Source: Candidatus Babeliales bacterium (GTDB lineage Bacteria; Babelota; Babeliae; Babelales; Vermiphilaceae). From it: DNA of 64,000 nt. Made by a program: the position numbers and the translations under genes. This document shows positions 47,385 to 56,639 of the stretch, in pieces. The stretch's first letter is position 1; each line of letters begins with the position of its first letter. Where the stretch lies: contig CAVUQO010000003.1 of assembly GCA_963743635.1 (NCBI GenBank), forward strand, positions 320,001 to 384,000, read 5' to 3'. The notes below the pieces were generated by a model that saw only the letters and a list, made by a program, of their open reading frames with translations, ran no database searches and had not been told where the DNA came from.

Positions 47385-49249
47385 CTATTGCAGCTTTTCC
47401 CAAGCCGCCATTGCCTCACTCAGTTCCTTGCGCAGGGTGTTAAATTTAGTCTGAGCAGTATCAAATTCAGGGGTACCGTATTCAAGATCAGCAAACTGCA
47501 GGCCGACTTGGGCTATCTGTTGCTCATATTTTTCGATTTTACGCTCAAGCAGTCGGAGTTCCCTTTTCTGATCGTCAGCTTTGTCATCCGTATCTGGAGC
47601 AGCTGAAGCTGTTTTTGCCGCTGATGTTTTCTTTTCTTTTGGTTCAGTCAGATTAGCGAGGCATTCTTTTTGATAGCCAAAATCATCATAATTGCCGTGA
47701 TAGATATGAGTGCCTTCTGGTGTCAGTTCCATAACGTGGGTAGCCAGGTCATTGATAAAATCCCGATCATGCGAAACGAAAAGCATGGTGCCTTCATAAC
47801 TTTGCAATGCCTTCAATAACACTTGCTTAGCGAAGATATCAAGATGGTTAGTCGGTTCATCAAGCAGGAGTAGGTTTGCTTGTTGGAGCAATACGCTGGT
47901 CATACCAACTCTATTTTTTTCACCACCACTGAGAACTTTTACTTTTTTATTCACATCATCATTGCTAAAAAGCATGGCGCCGAGCATGGTGCGTGCTGAT
48001 TGTTGGGTGGCGCTTGGGCAACGCAACAATATGTTCTCAATGACTGTTTTATTGCCATCAAGTGCACGGGTTTGATCTTGGTCGAAAATTGTATGATGTA
48101 CCTTCTCGCCAAAGGTTATGGTGCCAGATTGGCAGGGCAATGAGCCGGTAATCATATTAAATAACGTGGTTTTACCGACGCCATTGGGCGCAACTAATGC
48201 AACTTTTTGTCCACGTTCAATGGTGAATGAAACATTCTTAAAGATCTCACGTTTGCCAAAATGTTGGCTTACATTGTTCACCGTCAACACAGTACGCGCC
48301 GGAACGTTGCGTCGGAGGAAAGGTGAAATGACATTGTGCGCGGTGATGGCGGCAATACGATCAGTTCCATTTTCTCAAGCTGTTTTATCATACTTTGTGC
48401 CATCTTTGCTTTGGAGGCAGATGCGCGAAAGCGGTTGATCGTTTCTTTTTTTTGTTTGATATCTTTTTGTTGCTCGTTATACGCCTGTTCAAGTAAGGCA
48501 GTACGTGCTTCTTTTTGCTCTTCATAATCAGCATAACTGCCGGTATACATCATGCCATTACCCAGCTCAAGCTCGTAAATATGAGAACAAAGCTCATTAA
48601 GGAGGTAGCGTTCATGGCAGACAATCATAAAGCCAAACGATGCTTGATGCAGAAAATTTAAAAACCATTCTTTTGCAAAGATATCCAAGTGGTTGGTAGG
48701 TTCGTCAAACAGGTAAAAATCAGCCTCTTCAAGAAGGAGTTTGGCAAGAACGATTCGCATTTTCCAGCCGACGCTCAAATGCTGTACAGGCTCATGAAAG
48801 CGACTTTTATCAAAACCAAGACCTTGCAAAATGCGTTCTGCATGCGCACGCTTTTGTTCTGGATTGAGTTGCAAGAGCCGTTCATGAATATCAGCATAAC
48901 GGTTAAGATGGTCATGAACCGGATCGGTTTCAATTTTTTTCTCTAGGATTTCAGCTTCAAGCTGCAAAGCGGCGATTTCGGTAAATACGCTGAGCGCTTC
49001 ATCTAATATGCTTTTATCCGAATCCAAGACCACTTCTTGAGGCATATATGCAATTTTTTTGTTACTCAGTATGGTAATAGCGCCGCTATCAAGCATTTGT
49101 GGATGATGAATAGCTTTGAGCAGCGTTGATTTGCCCGATCCATTACGGCCAACAAGCCCGACCCGTTGGGATGCATCCACGGTGAAGGAAATGTTGTTAA
49201 AGATTGGTTGTGTGCCGAATGTTAAAGTAACGTTTTTTGCATATATCAT
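47385..49249 (-). CDS. ABC-F family ATPase (Uup/YheS-like); apparent frameshift near 48290-48330
   Basis: Two NBDs (GRNGSGKS, LSVGW, DEPTNHLD; APNGVGKT, LSGGE, DEPTNHLD), no TM segments, C-terminal coiled coil. Confidence 0.9.
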
Positions 49250-49403
49250 GCTCTTATATCCTTGGTAAATGAAGCGTATGAGGAAAGCCAAGCTGTGAAT
49301 GATGACAATTTCCGGACAAACAGATTGTTTGCATAGAAAAATGTAATTGTTTTGTTAAGCTTACAGACTGTAGTATTTGTTATACGCATACTCTAGGATT
49401 TAA

Positions 49404-50408
49404 ATGTACCGTAAAAGAGCCCTTTTGGCTATCATATGCTTAGTTCCTGCTCTCACGCAGGCGAATCTTTTCTTTATTAGCCCCGTAGGGTATGTGATTC
49501 AAAAAATAGTGGACCGCAGGCACAGGCCGCAGAATGACCCTCATTGGGATAGCTTTGATCCTGAATCACGAGAAGGGAAAACAAGAAATGCTGGAGGCGT
49601 AGATTTAAACGATCAAGCTCAAGACGATCAGGTCGTAGGAACTATTCCCAATGAAATTGAGGACATTCTCGAGTTTTTACGCAATCCAGAGCAGTTTCGC
49701 AAATTTGGGGTGAAAATGCCAAAAGGTGTACTCTTAGTCGGGCCTCCGGGAACCGGAAAAACGTCCACCGCGCGTGAATTAGCGCGTAAAGCGGGGGCAT
49801 TTTTTATCAACGCCACCGGTTCAGAGTTTGTAAATACGTATGTCGGCGTCGGCGCTGCAAACGTCAGAAAGCTTTTTGAACGAGCTCGTAATGTTCTGAA
49901 AGAGGGCAAATATAAGTCGGTTATTATCTTTATCGATGAAATTGATGCGCTCGGCGCAGCGCGTTCTGATCGAGCAGATGGCGGCAATAGTGAATATAAT
50001 CAAACCGTTAATCAGTTGCTCAGTGAACTCGATGGCTTTAAGCGCGAAGAAAATATACTGGTTCTTGCGGCAACAAACTTTGAAGATTCACTTGATCAAG
50101 CATTATTGCGCCCTGGCCGTTTTGATAGACGGGCTTATTTTAAGTTGCCGGGCCTCGAAGATCGATTAACTATCTTAAAGCATTATTGCAAAAATCGTCC
50201 GGTCGATGAGGCGGTTGATTTGGCGAACATCGCCCAAAGAACCGATCATATGAGCGGTGCAGATCTTAAGAATATCGTCAATGAAGCTTCGATTGAAGCT
50301 GCGCGCGAGAAGGGCAGTACGGTGATTACTCCTCAGCATTTTGAGGTTGCAGTACAAAAAGCAGAACAGCGCAGAAACGCTCAATTACGCTCACTCTTTA
50401 GACGATGA
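49404..50408 (+). CDS. Single-domain AAA+ ATPase (FtsH/CDC48-like) with N-terminal signal; no protease domain
   Basis: PKGVLLVGPPGTGKT, IFIDEIDA, LAATN, DQALLRPGRFDR, MSGADL. Confidence 0.88.
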   Translation: MYRKRALLAIICLVPALTQANLFFISPVGYVIQKIVDRRHRPQNDPHWDSFDPESREGKTRNAGGVDLNDQAQDDQVVGTIPNEIEDILEFLRNPEQFRKFGVKMPKGVLLVGPPGTGKTSTARELARKAGAFFINATGSEFVNTYVGVGAANVRKLFERARNVLKEGKYKSVIIFIDEIDALGAARSDRADGGNSEYNQTVNQLLSELDGFKREENILVLAATNFEDSLDQALLRPGRFDRRAYFKLPGLEDRLTILKHYCKNRPVDEAVDLANIAQRTDHMSGADLKNIVNEASIEAAREKGSTVITPQHFEVAVQKAEQRRNAQLRSLFRR

Positions 50409-50569
50409 TGCATCATTGTGATCTTCATGCTTATCGACGCGCGCTTGTTCAATGGCACGCTTGATATCAGCGGCGAACAAGCCTCGGAGGTAATCATTAT
50501 AGAGGACCTTTTTTGTTGATTGATAATCAAACAGAAGTGTATCCATCCATTGTCAAAAATTAAAGAAAT

Positions 50570-52201
50570 TCAAGAAATGATGCAGCGGTGGGGGCCAGAA
50601 GGTGTCCCTGGCGAGGTCGGCGAGGCAGTTGGGGTAGTAGGCCTGGATGTAATTTCTTTATCATGCGAAGGAGAAGAAGGAGAAGCAGATGATGATGATG
50701 ATGATGTATGCCCTGTTCTCTTGTTATAATTATCGATCACTTCTTGCGTTCTCGTTTGAATCTCAGTCATCGAGTAATCCTCGGTTTGTTCTACAAGTTT
50801 TTTGAGGGTATTGCTCTCACATGTTGTATTGATACGGGAATTAATAAAATAGCTAATGAGTTTTGCCCGTGCGGGTGCATTAGGATGGGTTACCCGAATT
50901 GCGGCTGCTCCTTCTAACTTTTCTAAATAGTGCTGTGCCTCGCAGAATATGAGCATGGGAATTTGCTGGTTATCCAGATGCTGGGTATTGAAAAGCATAT
51001 CAAGTATGAGCTGAACTCTTCGTGTTTTTGGGTGATTCAGGAGATCATCAAGGTTGTTTATGACGAGTGCTGCGCGGGAAGCATTTTTTTCTTCTGCCTG
51101 ATGCAATGTTGGAGTAACGAATTTGTCTACAATAGCCTTTTTAAGGGCGTTTTCATCGGTAAGGGAGGGGAGTTGTGCAAGTATATCACTTGCATCAATC
51201 CATGCTGGTGCGCCATTAATTCTCGCCATGAAATCCATAATGAGTGTTGTTTTCCCCGAACCTGGCGGTCCATGAAATATGATCACATGGGGTTGATCTT
51301 CTTGCTCAGCATCATTGAGCAGTTTAATGAGTTTTTTTGCGGCTGGTGGCATGAGATTTGGCTGACCAAAAGAGTTTTGAGGGTCGTTATATTCTGTTGC
51401 CTGATACTCTTTTGCCTTCTGCAGCGCAAGATGACGTGCTGTTACTCTGAAATCTTTAATGGATTTCTGATGACAATCAGCTGCCATTTCATCGATTACT
51501 TTTTGATCGCATGTGAGTTTAAATTGATTAAGAAAGTAGGAGGCAAGTTGTTTGCATTGGGGAATGGATGGATATTCTACGCCGATATTTTCAGTGTTTC
51601 CTTGGTTTATCCTCGAGGCTGATTCTGCAATGACGAGTAGATGCAACCGGCCGCAGTCAAATCTGGTTTTAAAGATCACGCGTCGCAATATTGATCCCAT
51701 AGGAGAAGGGTCTTTGTAGAGGTCATTAAAATCGTCAAATACTATCACGGCATGCGGGCATTTTTTTACCTGAGCTTGCTGGCATGCCAGTTCAATGAGC
51801 TTTATCCAGACATTATCTCGTATTTTCTCTTCGGAATTATAATCATTGTTTTCACAATGAGTTGTAAGCTGATTGTAGTGTGTATACACACGATCAGCGC
51901 CAAGAGCTTCGGTGAATTGGTCAATGAGTGTTGACTTACCACATCCTTTTGGCCCATAAAAAAAGATATAGTCGGGTTGTATATATTTATTAGGATTTTT
52001 TAATCGGTTTACGAGCTCTTTGCCTGCTTGCGGCATGAGGTCAGGTTTTGAGGGGATTTTGTGCAAATGGCTTTCATTAAAGGGCTCATATACTGTTGCC
52101 TGCATGAGATCTTCATGAGTGGTCAACGTTGTGGAGTTCATGGCCTGCGCGCTACATACCGGCAGCAGGATGAGCAGTGCAAGTTTATGGATCAAGTGCA
52201 T
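50570..52201 (-). CDS. Secreted protein with two divergent AAA+ modules and a Ser/Pro-rich tail
   Basis: Signal peptide; Walker A GPKGCGKS and GPPGSGKT; degenerate Walker B (VFDD, VINN). Confidence 0.75.
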   Translation of the reverse strand: MHLIHKLALLILLPVCSAQAMNSTTLTTHEDLMQATVYEPFNESHLHKIPSKPDLMPQAGKELVNRLKNPNKYIQPDYIFFYGPKGCGKSTLIDQFTEALGADRVYTHYNQLTTHCENNDYNSEEKIRDNVWIKLIELACQQAQVKKCPHAVIVFDDFNDLYKDPSPMGSILRRVIFKTRFDCGRLHLLVIAESASRINQGNTENIGVEYPSIPQCKQLASYFLNQFKLTCDQKVIDEMAADCHQKSIKDFRVTARHLALQKAKEYQATEYNDPQNSFGQPNLMPPAAKKLIKLLNDAEQEDQPHVIIFHGPPGSGKTTLIMDFMARINGAPAWIDASDILAQLPSLTDENALKKAIVDKFVTPTLHQAEEKNASRAALVINNLDDLLNHPKTRRVQLILDMLFNTQHLDNQQIPMLIFCEAQHYLEKLEGAAAIRVTHPNAPARAKLISYFINSRINTTCESNTLKKLVEQTEDYSMTEIQTRTQEVIDNYNKRTGHTSSSSSSASPSSPSHDKEITSRPTTPTASPTSPGTPSGPHRCIIS

Positions 52202-52319
52202 GGGACTTATCTTTTTCTAGGAAATCTGTGATAAATAAATTCCTATAGAATGTACCATAAATCGAACAATGCGTCGATTTTGACGCTTGTTTAGCAAGTT
52301 GGGTGGCGATTCCCTTCTC

Positions 52320-52478
52320 CTATGATTGGGTCTGCTGATGGTGCGGGAGTATAAGATTCGTGCGTTGATATAACGCGGTCCGTGGGCCTGCGTTATAAAG
52401 AGCAATTAGAGAGCCTATTTTGAGTAAGAGGAACGCCGCAATGATTGCGAGTGCACCAACGTATTCTTTACTTCGCAT
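52320..52478 (-). CDS. Putative 52-aa single-TM small protein, not in the ORF track
   Basis: AAGGA RBS; MRSKEYVGALAIIAAFLLLKIGSLIALY... Confidence 0.45.
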   Translation of the reverse strand: MRSKEYVGALAIIAAFLLLKIGSLIALYNAGPRTALYQRTNLILPHHQQTQS

Positions 52479-52828
52479 GATTATATTCCTTCTTTATAAT
52501 CAATTGATTTGAGAAATGTGGACGGTAATGTTTTGTCAGAAGTGACTGTGAATTTTTGACGCTATACGGCTATCACCAACCTTGAGGACATTTTACTTCG
52601 TATGACCGAAATCCTTTAAGAATATGGAGCACTGCTTACAGAATTTAGTTGTATCACAAAGACGGAAAAGCAGCAAGAGATTTAGGATCACTTCATTCAG
52701 CGTGAATCGAGCTGTGTGTTGATGAAGTTTGACTTTATATTTTTTTTATAAAATTCGATGTTTAAAAGATAACTACCGTGCTGTTTTTGATTACTGTATC
52801 TTATTTGTTCATGTTGTTTTTATATGTG

Positions 52829-52999
52829 CGGACTTCGTCTAACGAGGATGCAGGTGAGTGTGGTGGCTCATAAAGGAGGTTCGTCCGGATCACTGAGTAA
52901 TCGTTTTTTGTAATTAAATTAATCGAGGCGCAACGATGTCGGTATGAGTCGTCTATCAGTAGCGCCCCGATATGGATAGATGCGGATAGACGAAATTTG
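52829..52999 (+). ncRNA. Candidate long-hairpin RNA (possibly 6S-like)
   Basis: 52829-52841 pairs with 52987-52999, and 52862-52872 pairs with 52943-52953, leaving a large internal bubble; about 170 nt. Confidence 0.3.
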
Positions 53000-53030
53000 G
53001 GGGTATTTTTTATTCTACTTCGCGAAATAC

Positions 53031-53194
53031 CACATGCTTTAGTCTGTGGATGGAAGCGAATAGAATAACCCGGCGAAGCAAAACACTTCCTGAGGTATAA
53101 CTTCGAAGTATTAGCGAAGCCTGGGTGAGTCCAACTGCGAAGAACTCCATGCGATACAACGGGTTTTAACTTTTGTATCGCATGGAGTTCTTCG
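53031..53194. repeat. IS200/IS605-end-like hairpin plus a perfect 22-bp inverted repeat
   Basis: AATACCACATGCTTTAGTCTGTGGATG resembles IS605-family subterminal hairpins; CGAAGAACTCCATGCGATACAA/TTGTATCGCATGGAGTTCTTCG. Confidence 0.5.
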
Positions 53195-53614
53195 TTATTC
53201 GCTTATTTTAAACGAATTGCGTTTTATTTCTTCAGATTCTTCTTTAATTATGCGCTCGATTTCCTTATCGAGATCAAATTCCTTGCTTAAGTAGATCGAA
53301 AGCTCCAGTAAGTAGGCCAATAATTCGTCTTTTGTTTTGCAATCGCGATGCGCGGCGGCGATTGCGATGTTCACAATATTTCCCAAAATACCACCGACGT
53401 TTTGACCAACATTTGGTTTATTGTGCGGATCGCCGACGATTGATCCAACATGAGCAAGAATGTTGGCGACGCTGTGAATGATGTATTGCGGTCTTGAATT
53501 TTTAGGCTCTTGGCGAGCAATCTCATCTACCTCCTGCGTAGCATCCGTGGCGGCGTATGCGGTGACCGGATTTACTAGCAGTGACGATACAAAAAGACCA
53601 TATAACAGTTTCAT
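53195..53614 (-). CDS. Hypothetical secreted protein
   Basis: Likely start MKLLYGLF after GGGAG; signal peptide. Confidence 0.68.
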   Translation of the reverse strand: MKLLYGLFVSSLLVNPVTAYAATDATQEVDEIARQEPKNSRPQYIIHSVANILAHVGSIVGDPHNKPNVGQNVGGILGNIVNIAIAAAHRDCKTKDELLAYLLELSIYLSKEFDLDKEIERIIKEESEEIKRNSFKISE

Positions 53615-53807
53615 CTCATCTCCCTTTGGTATTTTTTGAGTGAGTCTACTGTGTTTTTTTTTAGCAAGACAAGGGTTTGGTGATTTTGCGATATCGGCGA
53701 AGCTTTCGATTTGACCCATAAAAAAGGCAACACATTATTGCTATGCGCTGTCTCTTTTGGGTATGGTCCTAACTATGAATATATTTGATCCATAAAGGGA
53801 GGAAGCA

Positions 53808-55106
53808 ATGAATAAAAGAGTCATTCTGTTCAGCGTATTGGCGCTGTGTGCATCGATTGGACTTGTGCGGGCCGGTGAATTTGGCAGACGGAGTGTTGAG
53901 AAGGGGGAGAGTTCTCGCGGTGCTAAACAGGCAATGACGGATGAAGAACTCTTTGAAGTGCATAAAGAAGATGCGATCGCAGCAAGGAAAAGTCATATCA
54001 CTTACGTAGCAGGTGTAGGGGATTTGAGGACGGTTGCTGCCTGGCTTAACGGTAAGATCCCATCGCGTTTAACGCTGGCGCAGTTGCTGCTACTCAAAGA
54101 TCAGCATGGATCAACGGCATTAATGTGGGCATCGAGCAATGGTCATTCGGAAGTGGTGGAACTGTTATTAGCTTATGCGGATAGGGCGGGAGTTTTGACG
54201 GAGATGTTGAAAGCAAGAGCGCTGAACGGCAATACGGCATTAACATGGGCAGCGAGTAGGGGGCGTGATGAGATAGTGAAAATGTTGTTAAAAACAGCAT
54301 TAGAGGAAACAGACATTTTGGTGGATCTGATGCAAGTGAGGGATAATGACGGCAAAACGGCATTATCGTGGGCGGCGGGCAATGGGCATGTCCAAGTAGT
54401 GCGACTTTTATTACGAGTAGCGAAAGGGGAGGGCATTTTGGCAGACATCGTGCAAGCTCAGAATAATGAGGGATCAACGGCATTAATGTGGGCGGCGAGC
54501 AATGGGCACACTGAAGTGGTAAAAAATTTATTGGAGAAAGTTCAAGAATTTGGCATGAGCAAATCAGAGCTCTGGAGTATTGCATCGCATGCAACTAAAG
54601 AAGGAATGAGCACATTGATGAGTGGAGCTACTGCGGGAAGTAGAGAAATTGTGCAATTGATTTTGAACTCTGCTTATACCAATAGGCCCTCTGATAAAGC
54701 GTTCATCGATTTTGTTAATGCTCAAGATGCTCTAAAGGGTAGAACCGCAATTCAGTGGGCGATTCGTTTTGTGCAAGGGTCTGTCGAAAAAGAAAAAGAG
54801 CAACATTCTGAGGATGAGATGTTGGGCGTTATAGAAGAAATCTTCAAGTATGATAATTTCCCGCATTTGACTGTGAATATTATTTCGCAAGATAAGAACG
54901 GGAAAACTGCAATTTTTTGGGCAGCCTACGCAGAATGCAATAAAATTCTTAGGTTTTTTGAGAATGTAGCACGTCGGCGCAACTATAGTAAAAATAAATT
55001 CTTTGAAGAAATTGAAGCCGGGAAAGAAATGGGAAGAACGTCGACCACGAGATCGCGATCCCCAATTTTCCAAGGATCTTCATCATCTGCATCTTCATCT
55101 AAATAA
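53808..55106 (+). CDS. Secreted ankyrin-repeat protein
   Basis: GGAGG RBS, signal peptide, about 7 G.TAL.WAA..G...VV..LL repeats, Ser-rich tail. Confidence 0.92.
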   Translation: MNKRVILFSVLALCASIGLVRAGEFGRRSVEKGESSRGAKQAMTDEELFEVHKEDAIAARKSHITYVAGVGDLRTVAAWLNGKIPSRLTLAQLLLLKDQHGSTALMWASSNGHSEVVELLLAYADRAGVLTEMLKARALNGNTALTWAASRGRDEIVKMLLKTALEETDILVDLMQVRDNDGKTALSWAAGNGHVQVVRLLLRVAKGEGILADIVQAQNNEGSTALMWAASNGHTEVVKNLLEKVQEFGMSKSELWSIASHATKEGMSTLMSGATAGSREIVQLILNSAYTNRPSDKAFIDFVNAQDALKGRTAIQWAIRFVQGSVEKEKEQHSEDEMLGVIEEIFKYDNFPHLTVNIISQDKNGKTAIFWAAYAECNKILRFFENVARRRNYSKNKFFEEIEAGKEMGRTSTTRSRSPIFQGSSSSASSSK

Positions 55107-55128
55107 TACGATTGTAAAGCAGTATCAA

Positions 55129-55170
55129 ATAAAAAAGGCAGTGCACATTACGAGCACTGCCTTTTTTTAT
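55129..55170. terminator. Bidirectional terminator
   Basis: AAAAAAGGCAGTGC/GCACTGCCTTTTTT. Confidence 0.8.
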
Positions 55171-55185
55171 ACTTATCAAGAGATG

Positions 55186-55269
55186 TATCCGTCTACGCTT
55201 GTCCGGGCTTTCGAGCTCGGCAAGCTACGCCGTGATAATCACGCCATAGGGCTTTGCGCGACGGCGGAT
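55186..55269. repeat. REP-like palindromic element
   Basis: ATCCGTC...ACGGCGGAT ends enclosing CTACGCT...AAGCTACGCCG and an internal hairpin. Confidence 0.4.
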
Positions 55270-56574
55270 TAGATTTCTCCAGGGCCATTATCCTCATCGG
55301 ATTTTTTGGTGAAGATCAGAACTTCAAGCACGCGTTTATCGCTTGCTTTTTGTACTTGAAAGTAATGATTTTTATAAAGAATTCGTTCACCTTTTTTGGG
55401 TAAATGCTGCAATTGCTCGGTTAGAAAACCAGCAAGCGTGATCGAGTCTTCTGATTCAAAGGTGATACCCAAATGGCTTGCAAGGCTTTCGAGTGGTGTG
55501 CTGGCATCAACGAGCCAACCACCTTGTTTGAGCGCAATAATTTTTTCATGTGAAGGATCATGTTCGTCACTAATTTCGCCGACGATTTCTTCCAAGATAT
55601 CTTCAAGTGTAATGAGCCCCGTAATGCTGCCATGCTCATTGAGTACGATTGCAATGTGCATGTGCTGCTGACGAAATTCTCGCAGGAGTTGATTTATTTT
55701 CACGCTTTCAGGAATAAACATAATCGGACGCACGATATCTTTGAGTGGCTTATCTTCATTGCGGGTGATGTAGCCAAACACGTCTTTCAAGTGCACCATG
55801 CCGATGATGTTATCTTGTTGCCCATTATATACCGGTAATCGGGTAAAATGCCGTTTGCCAAATATTTCAAGCGTATCTCTGATGGTGGCGGTTACATTTA
55901 CTGAAACGATATCGGTTGCAGGCACCATGATATCTTTAACGGGAGTCAGTCCAAGATCGAAAATGTTTTTAAGCATTTCACTTTTTTCTTGTTCCATAAG
56001 CCCTTTTTCATTGATGTAATTGATCAAGAATTGAATTTCTTTTTCGGAAGATACCCATTCAACGCCGCCACTCAACCGTGTGCCGCCGAGTGAATATACG
56101 ATGAAATCAGTCAGTTTAAGTAGAATTGTCACGATATGGATAAAGGAAGTAGAAAATGATATTGGTTATCCACAATGTTGATGGAAACAGTCTTCTCTCC
56201 ATGCGATTTTGCAAGATTTTTGGGTAATATTTCACCAAATATGAGAATTGCGAACGTGGCAAAACCAATACCCAGCGAAAAGCCAAGACCGCCCGTGATA
56301 TGAAAGCTGGCAAAGAATGCTTTCAATAATTTGAGTACCTAATGATGCAGCAGTCACTTCTGCAAGGCTGCTCGCAATCAAAATGGTAATCAACACACGA
56401 TGAGGCGTTTTTTCCAGTGCTTGAAAAAAATGCGCCATATTTATTGGTTGATGCGGCTAATTCTTTGAGTTTGAATAGCCGCAGAGCAGTGATGCTAGTT
56501 TCAAGAAATGAGAATAATGCGCGTGCAGTCAATGCTATTACAAAAAAAATAGCGGGTGACGACACGCTTTGCAT
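55269..56574 (-). CDS. Hemolysin/CNNM-family (DUF21-CBS-CorC) membrane protein; apparent frameshifts at 56130-56440
   Basis: [47 protein letters not shown] motifs across fragments. Confidence 0.88.
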
Positions 56575-56639
56575 ACTACAGGGTTCCATATATAACTTTA
56601 CAATCCTTATATAATTAATAAAATTCATATTACTGAGTA

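Noticed and set aside
49404..50408. ftsH gene call
   Set aside because: Only the AAA module is present; there is no HEXXH M41 protease domain.
50391..50546. 51-aa minus-strand ORF with GLFAADIK (AAA-lid-like)
   Set aside because: Short, overlaps the end of the opposite gene, lacks a clear RBS, and the similarity is too slight to support.
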